A DNA stretch of 64,000 nucleotides from contig OX597835.1 of assembly GCA_951406725.2 (NCBI GenBank), forward strand, positions 20,274,001-20,338,000. The letters are read 5' to 3'. Positions 1-13,948 of the stretch are shown in pieces. The position numbers and the translations under genes are program-made. The DNA comes from Octopus vulgaris (lineage: Eukaryota). Under the pieces are notes generated by a model. That model worked only from the letters and a program-made list of their open reading frames with translations. It was not told the DNA's origin and ran no database searches. Numbering within the stretch: the stretch's first letter is position 1; each line of letters starts with the position of its first letter.

Positions 1-10
1 ACACACAAAT

Positions 11-49
<39 letters not shown>

Positions 50-51
<2 letters not shown>

Positions 52-372
52 ATAGATATGGTAAGACAATAAAAGAATGAAAGAGACCTCGATATTATGT
101 AAATAGAGAAATTTATCTGTAAATATCATATTTGACAATTATTGAGTACCCATGATAAAACTCCAAGTTTCGGATGTCGGAGGCAGAAACCCACGCCGCC
201 ATTTCATCAGGTCATCGAAATAGTGCTATGAAAATGATCGTTAAACAAAAGGAAATTACTGTGTGATTGACGGATATTAAGACAAAAGAGCTATTGGAAT
301 GACAGCTAATTGAGGGCTTGCGGCCCAACATCGGAAACTCTGAGTTTTATCATGGCTACCGAATAATTGTCA
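50..372. mobile_element. Penelope-like pLTR-type remnant with inverted arms and decayed hammerhead motif
   Basis: Arms ~133-177 and ~327-372 are imperfect inverted repeats. Minus strand reads CTGATGA-long stem II-GAAAC-TTGGA-GTT (210->157). Flanked by (TA)n and (CA)n. Confidence 0.6.
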
Positions 373-408
373 GACACACACACAGGCACGCATACACACA
401 CACACACA

Positions 409-464
<56 letters not shown>

Positions 465-469
<5 letters not shown>

Positions 470-675
470 TTAAAGCAGCAGAAAATTCAACAAATCTGTT
501 ACTCTGAGTTTCTCGTTGCCGTTCATCAGACAGTTTTTGTCTGATGAACGGCAACTAGAAACTCAGAGTAACAGATTTTGTTGAATTTTCTGCTGCTTTA
601 AATAAAGCATATTACTCTACACTGGTATTTGAGTACTCTTTTTTCCACCTTGTTTCACATTTATGTGTTTACTCC

Positions 676-678
<3 letters not shown>
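465..678. mobile_element. Palindromic hammerhead-bearing module (Penelope-like remnant) inside (TA)n
   Basis: 465-532 and 538-605 are near-perfect inverted repeats around a 5-nt loop. Each arm has TGT-CTGATGA-N10-GAAAC-TCAGA-GTA-ACA. (TA)n on both sides. Confidence 0.7.
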
Positions 679-728
<50 letters not shown>

Positions 729-958
729 ACATATGTAGCTCAGATTTTAACTGCTCCATTCCTTAACTCTTGGCAATCCTGGTTGCCAACAATGAAATAT
801 AAAAATAATTTTTTTCAGGTTATCGTAGTTGGATACAAAAGAAAATCAATAACTTTCTGGCTCAATAAACAAATATTGCTCCTGAAATGTATTCTATATT
901 TACTACGGATTTCTTGGAGCTAACTTTTTCCCTACGCCTCGATCTGATATACATACAT

Positions 959-1032
<74 letters not shown>

Positions 1033-1061
1033 ATTGCTCCAATCTGGCTTATACTAAAGGC

Positions 1062-1380
1062 AAAACACAACAACGCGAAGATGTGGAACAAGTATAGTAT
1101 TATTGGACGCTCAGGAAAGAAGGAAAGGAGGAGGGAGCCCTCGTAAACAAAGGAGAAGGAAAGATCCAGAAGGAGACAGAGGAAAAATATTTTTGATGGT
1201 GGTGCTCAAGAGATCACTAGCTATATAAAGAGAAACACAACAACGCGAGGATCTATTATTGGACGCTCGGAAAAGGAAAGAAGGAGGGTCTAACGTTTCA
1301 AGCGGAGCACTTCGTCAGAAACATAGGAAAAGGAAAGATCCAAAGAAGGGAAGACGGAGGAAAAAAATCGTCAACGGTAC
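1062..1380 (-). mobile_element. Tandemly repeated pLTR-like fragment with hammerhead motif
   Basis: aaacacaacaacgcg...ttattggacgctc occurs at ~1062 and ~1232. The second copy reads CTGACGA-AGTGCTCCGCTT-GAAACGTT on the minus strand (~1318->1292). Confidence 0.55.
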
Positions 1381-1386
1381 ACAATT

Positions 1387-1625
1387 CGCCCTTTTAAAGA
1401 CTAACCAGCCTCATGGGCCCAGTTTCACGTTTAAAATGGCGTATGTGTTCCCCAGATGGACGGGATGCCAGTCCGTCGCAGCGTTACTCCTTTTTGACAG
1501 CTGAGAGAACAGGAGCAACGTGAAATGAGGTGTTTTGCTCAAGAAGACAACGCATCGCCCGGTCCAGGAATCGAAACCACAATCTTACAGTCCTGACACA
1601 CTAACCACTAAGCCACGCGCCTCCA
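1387..1625 (-). mobile_element. tRNA-derived SINE, family G (B/C-like head, CORE-like body, distinct tail)
   Basis: Reverse complement starts ggaggcgcgtggcttagtggtta (A box), then gtttcgattcc (B box), cttgagcaaaacac...cacgttgctcc, and a tail shared with 33866-33965. Confidence 0.75.
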
Positions 1626-1679
1626 TGTATATATATGTACGTATGTATGTATGTATGTATGTATGTATGTATGTGTGCA

Positions 1680-1852
1680 TGTGTGTATATGTTTGTGTGT
1701 CTGTGTTTATTCCACACCAACTTCGCTGTATTTACTTAAGCGGTTCGGAAAAAGAGACCGATAGAATAAGTCCTGGGGACGATTTGCTCGATTAAAGGCG
1801 GTGCTCCAGCATGGCCGCAGTCAAATGACTGAAACAAGTAAAAGATTAAAAT
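1680..1852 (+). mobile_element. SINE family A, 3' half with deletions
   Basis: agcggttcggaaaaagagaccgatagaataagt...ggcggtgctccagcatggccgcagtcaaatgactgaaacaagtaaaag. Confidence 0.8.
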
Positions 1853-1853
1853 A

Positions 1854-1912
<59 letters not shown>

Positions 1913-1923
1913 TATATGTGCGC

Positions 1924-1976
<53 letters not shown>

Positions 1977-2012
1977 TGTATACATATATTTATTATTGTA
2001 TTAGATATACAA

Positions 2013-2072
2013 TGGCGGTGCCCCAGCATGGCCACAGCTCATCAGCTGAAACTAGAATCAATCAATCAATCA
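2013..2072 (+). repeat. Isolated SINE/LINE 3'-tail variant with (ATCA)n end
   Basis: tggcggtgccccagcatggccacagctcatcagctgaaactag. Related copies at ~6961-7002 (+), ~32062-32107 (-), ~35915-35955 (+). Confidence 0.6.
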
Positions 2073-2765
2073 TATGTTCCGTGTATAAATAACAAACGCA
2101 AAGAATGTGTTTATGTATTCGTAAAGTTTTATACTGCGAAAGGTGCACGGGTTGGCATGCTTGGATATTCACATATACACACATATTTTCACAATGAGAA
2201 ACACACATGCGCGCACAGAAACACATGTACGCACGCATACAAACGAACACATAAGCACAGGTGCGCACGCAGAGCAAAAAAAAAAAAAATCCGTCTCTTG
2301 CAAATTGTATAACTATGTTAAATATTACAAAGCTGCGAGAACACAACGTTGGCAGACAAAATTAAGAGATCTAAATTAAGGTTATTAAAAGCAAAAACCT
2401 TATATACCACAGAACGAACATCGATGATTTAATTTAACAAAATGGCGAGGTAATGTACTGTAAATATCAGTTAAAAGATAAAATGCAATGCAGATAAGAA
2501 AAGCACTCGTTCTGTTCGAACACTGCGTCTCTTGTAAAATATATATCGCTGTTGATCAGTATATAAAAGACACTCTACAACAGCGAACACTCAGGTTTGA
2601 AGTTGAACGCAGAATTGTGATCAGATTCTTATACTTGAGAATTCGTATATGAGAACTTAGGCGCAGGAGTGGCTGTGTGGTAAGGAAAACCAATTATGTC
2701 AAGTTTCGTTTATGTAGTGCTTGGGAAGTGGGTCAGGGGACATCTTTAATGAGCAGCCCTCGTGT

Positions 2766-2826
<61 letters not shown>

Positions 2827-3162
2827 TACAGACAGACAGAAATAGAGGGTGGGAAGAAGACAGTGAAATGAACTTCCATATCTGTTGAATATAGATGTTC
2901 AAATAAAAACATCAACACATTGGTTTGATTCGAAATAACTGTAAAGCGAGCGAGATGAATATAAGTTTATTTAAAATTAAATATATACATATTTGCCGCC
3001 TGGGCAAGGAAAGCGTGTGGAAATGTAGATAGAAAGGGTAGCTTTTTCTTTACCTCTGGAAAATCATTTGAGGTTAATGAAAGACAAAATAAAAGGTCCC
3101 AAATAAGTCTTAGCAAATTAATCTGGTCTTTTAAGGACAGTAACAAAGAGTATACTATCAAA

Positions 3163-3500
3163 TGCATGGCTCAGTGGTTAGAGCGTCCAGCTTATTATCG
3201 TGAGGTTGTGAGCTCGAATCCCGGACCGGGCTGCGTGTTGTGTTCTCGAGCAAGGCACTTTATTTCACGTTGCTCCAGTTCACTCAGGTGTAGAAATGAG
3301 TTGCGACGTCACAGGTGCCAAGCTGTATCGACCTTTGTCTTTCCCTTGGATAACACTGGTGGCGTGGAGAGGGGAGGCTGGTATGCATGGGTGACTGCTG
3401 GCCTTCCATAAACAACCTTGCCCGGACTTGTGTCTAGGAGGGTAACTTTTTAGGTGCAATCCCATGGTCATTCATGACCGAAGGGGTCTTTACCCTTTAC
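3163..3500 (+). mobile_element. tRNA-derived SINE, family C (CORE-like central domain)
   Basis: A box tggctcagtggtta, B box gctcgaatccc, body gagcaaggcactttatttcacgttgctccag, tail ending gggtctttaccctttac. Second copy at 40688-40978 (-). Confidence 0.8.
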
Positions 3501-4062
3501 TATCAAATGAGAGTTAATTTGTACTGCAAATCCATACAGACCTGGAACCAATAGATGTGACATAGGTTTAGAAAAAAAATTACCAGATTCACACATCTAA
3601 GGGTAATGTAATAAATTTTAGACAGGAACAAGCCTTGATATGATTGCATACGAGGTAATTCACATTTGCTTGGTATAAAGGAATAATTATCATTTAAACT
3701 ACAGCAGGTTTTGAAATAATGCACTGAAAATGATTATCCAATAAGAACTTAAAATGGAGAATGTTCGCGTCTAACTTAACGGATAGGTCTATATTATACA
3801 ACGCAGAGTAGATAAAATAAAACCATTAAACGGCCAAATCGACAGATATAGCAGAGTTGCAATTGCAACGGTTAATAATTGGTGTAATTGAAACAAGTGT
3901 TGGTCTAAAAAAAGCGGCATATAAATTAAAGAAATAAAGGTAATGCTATGCAATTTCGTAGTTGTATGTATTAATACTTTTAATGTATAAACAAATATAT
4001 ATATATATACATATATAAACATTAAATGTGCATTATGTACACAAACACACACACATATATAT

Positions 4063-4310
4063 TACTCTTTTACTTGTTTCAGTCATTTGATTGCAGCCAT
4101 GCTGGAGCACCACCTTTAGTCAAGCAAATTGACCCCAGAATTTATTCTTTGTAAGCCCAGTACTTATTCTATAGGTCTTTTGCCAAACCGCTAAGTGACG
4201 GGGGCATAAACACACCAGCATCGGTTGTCAAGCAATGCTAGGGGGACAAACACAGACACACAAACACATACACACACATATATATATATATATATATGCA
4301 TATATACGAC

Positions 4311-4363
<53 letters not shown>

Positions 4364-4526
4364 CGACAGGCTTCTTTCAGTTTCCGTCTACCAAATCTAC
4401 TCACAAGGCATTGGTCGGCCCTGGGCTATAGCAGAAGACACTTGCCCAAGAAGCCACGCAGTGGGACTGAACCCGGAACCATGTGGCTGCTTAGCAAACT
4501 ACTTACCACACAGCCAATCCTGCGCC
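4063..4526 (-). mobile_element. SINE family A, full length (internal TA/TG microsatellite)
   Basis: Reverse complement of ggcgcagga...tggctgtgtggtaag (A box), ggttcagtccc (B box), internal microsatellite, (GAGTAAAA)n tail. Confidence 0.9.
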
Positions 4527-4821
4527 TATATATATAAATATTTATTTTATTTCATCTAGTTTCAGTATGTGTATATATCCATACACACATGCATATATAT
4601 GTATGTATATAAATACAGACACAGGAAAGAAGATTAATGCAAGTTTTCTTCCTAAGCTATTACTCTTGAGAAATTTCAACGCATATATTTCGTGTGATCG
4701 AAACGACAAACGCGTTGATACGAAAGCAGACGTTATAGCAAGGCATGGAGTTCAAAATGTACTACACTACAACAGGCTACTTCTTTCTCACAGATTCTTT
4801 GTCTGTTACTTTTGCTCTTCA

Positions 4822-4929
<108 letters not shown>

Positions 4930-5036
4930 GGTATGTAGGTATGTAGGTATGTGTGTGTATATATATATGTACAGAGGGAGAGAGAGAGGGGAGAAAAAGA
5001 TGGGAAGCTGTATTGATAGACATATATTATATATAG

Positions 5037-5101
<65 letters not shown>

Positions 5102-5149
5102 CATATGCACATATACACATATATATGTATACTTATATGTATATATATT

Positions 5150-5181
<32 letters not shown>

Positions 5182-6161
5182 TACATATATTTATTTATAT
5201 ATATATACATATATACATATATATATATTTATATATATATATATATTGGTAAAACGGTAAGATAAATATATCTATCTATCTATCTATATATATATATATA
5301 TATACGTATATACATATATATATGCATATATAAATATATATGTATGTACTATACGCACATATATAAGCACCTCCATACTTACATGAATCGATACTTACCT
5401 ACATGCATGCATACGTGTATACGTACACCCATTCAGACATCCATTCGCATATGCCTGCATACAAAACATACTTACATGCACAGACGCACATGTACAATCA
5501 GTTGTATGAAAATTCTTTATGAAACAGAATTGTGTCGAAAATGAAGACGAAGAGAGAAACAGATTCTTTAGAATATCTTCTTAACAAACCGCGCTGCTTA
5601 TTTCACCTGTATTAGTCAGTCAATTGAAGGTTTCACAGGAATTCATAGAGATTATCTGCAACTAAAGTAAACAACTGACAACTTTGGTGATTGACGTCAT
5701 TGATTACCAATATTATATTATCTTTAAAAGGATAGTAAAAAGGATTGATTTCCTATGAGCAATATGACAGCTCATTGATTGGCTGAACTCATCTCGTTAA
5801 GTATATATATGTGTATATGTGAATATTTTGTCTTTCTTCATGTGTATGTCTTTATTTACTTATGTGTGTTTGCGAATGTATTTGTGTGTGCATACTTAAC
5901 CGAGTGTGTGAGTCTTTCTAGTTATGTAGATAAGCACACAAATATAATATACACACTTACATATATATGTACATACACATACACACGCACATATTATATA
6001 TTATATTTATATGAATTGATAAATATGTACATATGTACAGTATTATGTATCGGCATATGCATACATGTGCTAAAATGTGTATCCTTATAAGATTTTTCCA
6101 CTATCTCTACCCATTCTGAAACGATCAAGACACCTGACACCACATATTATGAATGTGCATG

Positions 6162-6208
<47 letters not shown>

Positions 6209-6218
6209 ATAGATAGCT

Positions 6219-6259
<41 letters not shown>

Positions 6260-6826
6260 TATATGTATTATTGAATCAACGAAGTACTTGCATGAGTAGG
6301 TCTATATATATGTGTGGGTTGTGTGCGTGTAGGTGTGTGTGTGAGTGTGCATGTGTAGTGTTTGCGAGTGTGCGCATATATTTGTACTCAGATGCATATT
6401 GTATAGATGCAAAGATATAGCATTCGAAGGACGTACGTACATGTTTATTGAACGCATTTCCATTTCAGTTAGCGGCATGTAATTGCTGACAGCAATGGAA
6501 AGAATTTTCAGAGAAATCACAAATTAGCAGGAATTTTACTGTTAGAGCGGAAATGTCCCAGTTCAGCAAACCTAACCTATGTTTTAGTTACATTCTTCAC
6601 CTTTCAAATAATACATGCCACTATCGGGAAATCTTGGATTGTTCCATCATATCTGTGAAAAATGGGAATAATGACCGGATCAAATATATTACTTGAAATG
6701 CGGGGGTTTAAAGGTTTTCGATAGAAGAATATTCATGTCGAAATAACAAACTGTAAAGTGCATTTTATGTATGTGTCGATAGATATGCACATACTCACAG
6801 ACCTTCGAACACATGCATGCATATAT

Positions 6827-6878
<52 letters not shown>

Positions 6879-7430
6879 TCACATATATATATATATGCAT
6901 ATGTATATATATAAATGCAAATATGCAATTATATATATATATATATGCATATATATATAAGACGGTGCATCAGCATGGCCGTAGCTCTGAGAGGAAACTA
7001 GAAGAAAAAAAAATATATATATACATATATATATATATAAATATGTATATGCAAACACACACACAGATACACACACATGATGTCCAATATATCTGCATAT
7101 AATCATGCGTTTGTGATTGAGATTACGAAGTTATTCGTTATAATAGAGGTGACTTCTCTATTCACATACTACGTATAATTACGAAAAAAATTTCAATAAA
7201 TATATGTATATGGAGTGCATATTACACATCTGAATAAAACCTGTTTATTGAGTTCTTTATATGGAATATCTGACAGTATGTTTCACAAATTGCGTTGCAG
7301 ATAATCCTTTCTGCTGCGTATTATTTTATATGAACGCACGCAAGACTATACTTAGCGATACTTACAAAGCTAGAAATATATACGTATATATGCATATATA
7401 TATATAATTTGAAACTGACTTATTGGAAGT

Positions 7431-7473
7431 CCACCTGAAGATTGTCGATCAAGACAAGAAACAATTGTAGTGG
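7431..7473 (+). ncRNA. Minimal type-I hammerhead ribozyme motif, apparently intact
   Basis: CCAC-CTGAAGA-TTGTC(GATCAA)GACAA-GAAAC-AATT-GTA-GTGG. Stem I CCAC/GTGG, stem II 5 bp, palindromic stem III ACAATTGT, GUA cleavage triplet. Confidence 0.75.
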
Positions 7474-7648
7474 CGGTTTTTTTGACTATTTATTAAAATT
7501 TTATGTATTGATTAAGCCTTTCCTTGTTTGTTTTGCAAAATAGTGGTTTTGTCTCTAATAATATTTTATAATATTTTACTATAAAATTGGATTTAATCCT
7601 AAATCTGATTTTTTCCCTGTAAATTTGGATTTATTCCCTAACATTTAT

Positions 7649-7743
<95 letters not shown>

Positions 7744-8398
7744 ATGTGTGTGTGTGTGCGTTTGTGTGTATGTCTGTGTATGGGTGTGTATGTGTGTGTG
7801 TATAACAAATTAATAGCAATTAGGCAATATTTATAGGTGTTAAGAGCTGCTGATGAGAATAAAAGTGGTCTGCACCAAAATTCGAACTCATGATACGGGT
7901 ATATGGGCTAGAGGCTTATGTCACTTTCTCAGCCAGAAAGTATCTCCAAAATTGTAGGACATTTTGGGAAACACGTCTATGTTAATTGGAATTCGAATTC
8001 TCCCTTCAATCATAAAATTTATGTTCCATTTAATGTTACATGTTTAAAAAATGATTTAGCTTGGCTGATTTTGATAAAATATTTGCCACGTAATAATTTT
8101 TATTGCAAATAATTGTTTTTGGCATTTATTTCTTAGCCTAACCAATATTTTTATCTTTACTAATATATTAAACGTACGAAGCCGCTCAAAATTTTAAGCA
8201 ATTTCTTCATATAACCCTGGAGTAACAAAAATAATGTTTGTCATCTTAAATATTTTAAACAATTATGCTAAAAATAAATTGCATAGGTGATACAATAAAT
8301 GGTACCTTTAACATTGATTTCAAATTTTGATGCAAGAAAAGCAATTTCGAGGCGTTAGTCGCCTTCTTCGACATCAGTTATCAACTAGTATTTATTTT

Positions 8399-8810
8399 GG
8401 ATCTTTTCGGTTTGAATGGCAGTTTTAACATAATTTCTAGGTAACTAAAAATATAAAACTTCATATACTGGTAGAATGTGTTTATAAAACATCTTTTTCT
8501 CTTGGCTTTATTGAGACAATTCTAGAGTTTGTAAGATATTTGTTGTTTTTTTCTTCAATTTTTTCAATTTCAACCAATCAATGACGTCTATTCAGGTAAT
8601 AAACATTCTGTGCCGTATGAATATGTCCCTCGTTTAAGAAACATATTGGGTAATTTACATTTGTGAAAAAAAATGATACCCCTAACCCCAACCCTAACCC
8701 TAACCCTAAAACAGATTGAAATGCAATAAATCAATACTAGGGTCATAATTATGGGTGACAATTTTATATGACACCGCTAGAAAAAACTGCCGGTCAAACC
8801 GAAAAGATCC
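8399..8810 (+). mobile_element. Non-autonomous TIR DNA transposon (family E) with internal (CCCTAA)n and 8-bp TSD
   Basis: TIRs GGATCTTTTCGGTTTGA...TCAAACCGAAAAGATCC. TSD TTTATTTT on both sides. Telomeric repeats ~8680-8708. Confidence 0.9.
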
Positions 8811-8880
8811 TTTATTTTATCGACAGCAAAATTATAAGAGGCAAAGTCGACCACCGCCCGCGGAATTTGAATTTATATCG

Positions 8881-9082
8881 TACGAGGGAGTACTGAAAAG
8901 TTCCTCATTTTATGGGTATCACAAAAGACCTGATTGAAGGCCCAAACTTCCGAATTCTTGTCGAGGGCTTAGAAAAACATTGAAGAACCGCTACAATAAT
9001 TATGTGAATCTGTGACGGGAATATGTTGAATAAAATTAATCTTAAATAATCCACTCTTTTTTTTTTTACCAAAAGTCAAAGA
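8881..9082 (+). mobile_element. Mariner-derived MITE (family F), right end degraded
   Basis: TACGAGGG...TGAAAAGTTCC terminus. Internal remnant resembles a mariner C-terminus (..NRYNNYVNL*REYVE*). Homologous, in opposite orientation, to 21377-21599 and 26147-26367. Confidence 0.75.
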
Positions 9083-9489
9083 AGAGCGAAATGTCGCTTA
9101 CCATTTTGCCCTGCTTGCTAAAGATTCTTGCAGCACGAAGCTTCAAAGTTCTCTTAAATATAATAATTTAAAATGCTTTAGTAAAGATGTTCTATAATTG
9201 TTTAAGTGACATAATGTATAATCTCCGTTCAAGAAGTAATGGAACATATGTAATATTAGAAACCTTATCCCTTGTAAAGTAAATGTTTTATTCAAACATA
9301 GAAATTTAAGGGTGTTTATTGGTGATAAATAAAGCAAAACTATAACACCAGACAGATTTCGTACTGGATTAAACATCAGCTGCTTAGCGGTTTCAAATTC
9401 TGGTACAAAACTAACAACTTTAGGGAGAGTGCAAGTTGATGGCAATTTGAGCAAAATGTTTAGCTGCATTTCGTAGCTAAATTTCAATT

Positions 9490-9800
9490 CAGAACGTCTT
9501 AACGTTATGAGTTCAAATTTCATCCATTTCCTGAAATAACTAAACTTGTGTCAAAATTTGAAATCAATATTGTGCTACGCTGATCATATATTGTTTTAGA
9601 GGGATTTTGCAGGGAAGTTTATTTATGCCATATATGTTTAAAAGCAAGAGATGTACTATCGTGAATGTATGGTTGTGCCTAATTTAAATATTTATTCTCA
9701 TCGGCTTATAACGACTGAAGCTGTTTACCATTCAGTCTCCCTTTTATATATCGAAGACCTTCCACTTACTGCAGACTGCAGTATTGTGTATTTTAACATT
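9490..9800 (+). repeat. Local duplication, copy 1 (copy 2 at ~11855-12160)
   Basis: Shared tcaatattgtgctacgctgatcatatatt...aaaagcaagagatgtactatcgtgaa...ttccacttactgcag. Confidence 0.85.
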
Positions 9801-10457
9801 ATCACAATCAATAGGTTTATATGGATACCGAAATGACGTCGAGCAAAACCGATCTCGGTGGAGTTTGAATTTAGACAGCTCGGTGTCAAAAGGAAAGTGC
9901 TAATAATTCTGCCAGATCTCCATGAATAAAGATTTTCGTTGCTTTTACAAATCTGCCGATTCAACGGCCTCCTTTAGTATAATAATGAAAATGAATTTGA
10001 CACCAATATTGAATTAAATGATAGATTTATTCCAGTGACAAAGAAAGAAAAACATGTACGTTTGTTTTATAAGACGTTTTTATTTAAAACTTAATCCTAA
10101 CAAATAGGTGGATTATGAACGCAAATACAAATTATAAGACTATTCAGTGGATTAAATCGTGAAAATAATTTGAAGTTAATGAATTGACAGAGTCTGAGAG
10201 TGATAGTCAAAAGAAGAAAGAATATTGTCGGAAGTGAATACTGAGTGAACATGTGTAGCTTCTGCGACACGATAACGCCTATTTAGTAATTGAATTAAAA
10301 TACATAATTAGTGGATCTATTTGTGTACGGAGGTAAATGTGACAAACATTGAGATGATGGGCGATATTATGAATGCATTTAATGCATTTATGAGAGTTCA
10401 TTTTGGCGCAGGAAACAGTAATCCTTCACAAAGGATTACTATTTTCTGCGCATGTAG

Positions 10458-11385
<928 letters not shown>

Positions 11386-11854
11386 TTATGTGTGTGTTCC
11401 TCTTTGTATGCGTCTATGTATATTTACACATGTTCAGCATGTCAATTTTATTTTCTTTATACGTCAGGGCACAGCGAATTTTCATAACATTTTAATATTC
11501 GAAAATATCTAAGCAGTCAGAAGAATGAACAATTCGATGCATACATATTCCAGTTTTGCTAGAAACGGTTAAGCTTATACTTACGTAACACCGAATTAAA
11601 CAATGCAATTCGCTGTTAGGCATGGATCATTTCTATTAAGTCACTAAAAACATCTATATTTATAACACCATAACGTTGTTTTGTATACCGAATGGTAGAG
11701 GGTAAGTAAAATATAAACGTATAGGTATGTGTGTACATCGTAAAGTGATAAAATCATATAATATATAAAATAAGGTTCCCTAGTCTGCTACGATATCGCG
11801 GCGTATGGAGAGAATAGCAAGCATGTTGAGCAAAATTATTCGCTGCAATTTGCA

Positions 11855-12160
11855 CGTCCTTACGTTTTGAATTCAAATTTTATCCCTTTTCTGAAATCAC
11901 TGGCCTTGTATCAAAATTTGGGATCAATATTGTGCTACGCTGATCATATATTATATTACAGAGATTTTGCAGGGAGGGAAGTTTAATATATATCATATAT
12001 GTTTAAAAGCAAGAGATGTACTATCGTGAAAGTATGGTTGTACCTAATTAAAATTTTTATTCTCATCGGCTTATAACCAGTGAAGCTGTTTGCCATTCAG
12101 TTTCTCTTTTATATGCCGAAGAGCTTCCACTTACTGCAGTATTGTGTATTTTCACATTTT
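11855..12160 (+). repeat. Local duplication, copy 2
   Basis: Collinear with 9490-9800, with scattered substitutions and small indels. Confidence 0.85.
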
Positions 12161-13561
12161 AGATACAGTTATAAAGATTCTTTTCGCCATATTTTTTCAT
12201 TCCTCAATTCTGGAACAAAAATGTATTTGTGTACAATTTATTTAATCCACCCTGCATCTATATTCGCTATGGTAAAATAGAGATATTTACATCGTATGAA
12301 ATAATTTCAATCTGTGCTACTGAGTTAGGATTCCAGCACTTAACTTACGGCAAGTGTACTTAGATACTTAGATAAGATTCCCCCATCATTGATCAAGGCC
12401 ATGTTTAGTTTAACAGTAAGCATCTTAATAGTTCTCGTTAATTATTTTGATATGGTACATAGATGGTTAATCTCTGATAAATGTGTATTTATTACAGCTG
12501 CGTAGTTATAATACAATTTGATGGAAATTGTGAGATAAAAACAGCCGTTTTCTTTCAGAAGCGTGGCACGAACTTGTGTTTCGTCTGTTAATACCAAAAG
12601 TTTTGTGCTGTATGATAAATATGCTCTTGTGTACTTAAAAGCTTTTGTACATGATGATTCGTCAGGCATTTTTCTATAGCTGTTACCAATCTATTTTGAA
12701 ATCCTTTTAATTGAAACCTATGCGTATTCTATGAAATTAATGAACACGTCTCAAGTTTATTTTGCGATTTGAACGTATCAGAAGTTTAATTAATGTTATC
12801 TTTTGAGGAATATTAATTGAAAGATTAGTAGTGATAGTTAATTAAACCGAGGTTATAAAGGATATTCAGTAAAGCTTTATACAACGAATGAAACGTTAGT
12901 TATAAGACTGTAAAAGAATATATAATGAAAGAAACTCAGACGCTATAAGTATTCAATAAATGTCTGAAATATCTATTTCAGATTTATTCCACAAGAATTC
13001 TTATTGCCACCTCTTCGACCTAAGCGAGACTTGTATGATTCTCTCTACATAGTATTTTGAAGTTTTCACACATATTTAAAACCAGAAAAGACAAGTAGGT
13101 GGCAATATCTATAAATGAGTGCGATAACAGCTGTGATATTTCACAGGAATAGACAATTTATTTAAACGCTTCTGAATTTTTAACACATAAATTGAAATAT
13201 CTGCAGGATTCTACAAGTAATAAACAGAGATTATGATTAAGACCATTTATCACGAAATCTATACATACACACATATATGTATATTCCCTTACACACAGGT
13301 GCAAATACACATGTATACAACTACACACCAAAATATAGTAAGATTTTCATATCCAGAATGTATACTGCAAAGATGTATTAAAATAACTTTTGTTTTATTC
13401 CTTTATTTTTTCTATTCTATTTCACTGAAATATAAATTTAACGTAAAATTCTAAGACATATATAGAACGAGCTACATGTTACGGGTAGTCTCTGGTAATT
13501 AACATCCTTGAATTATATGATTTACACAGTATATGTGCTTACAAAGATTACCTCTCATACA

Positions 13562-13890
13562 CACCTTTACTCCTTGATCGACCAGTCCGTCGGGCGTCTA
13601 TTTGACGCAGCTGGTCACAGCACGCTGTCCACTCCTCTCTGGATAGCGCCCTCCTCATTCACGTGGTCCCAATCGCCCTCCTAAAATCATAATTCCACCG
13701 TCGTGGAGGACTTCCGAGTGGTCGTTTCCGCTCTCGCGGGTACCACTCGATAACTGCGAGGGGCCACCGATTATCAGTGAGCCGGGCGACGTGTCCAGCC
13801 CATCTAAACTTGCTGCGTGTATATTCTACGATGACATCTCTCACACCGGACGTCTGTTTGATGACCTCGCTACTTATGTGCTCTCTGAAC
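13562..13890 (-). mobile_element. RTE-clade LINE 3' fragment
   Basis: ORF 13659-13844: KFRWAGHVARLTDNRW...WYPRERKRPLGSPPRRW, a typical RTE ORF C-terminus. Confidence 0.85.
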
Positions 13891-13891
13891 G

Positions 13892-13948
<57 letters not shown>

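Larger units (their letters stand above)
8350..9137 (-). mobile_element. Old SINE family D remnant split by two DNA-transposon insertions
   Basis: Pieces 8350-8398, 8811-8875 (ggcaaagtcgacc...cggaatttgaa) and ~9085-9137 are collinear with D copy 59528-59757. Confidence 0.6.
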
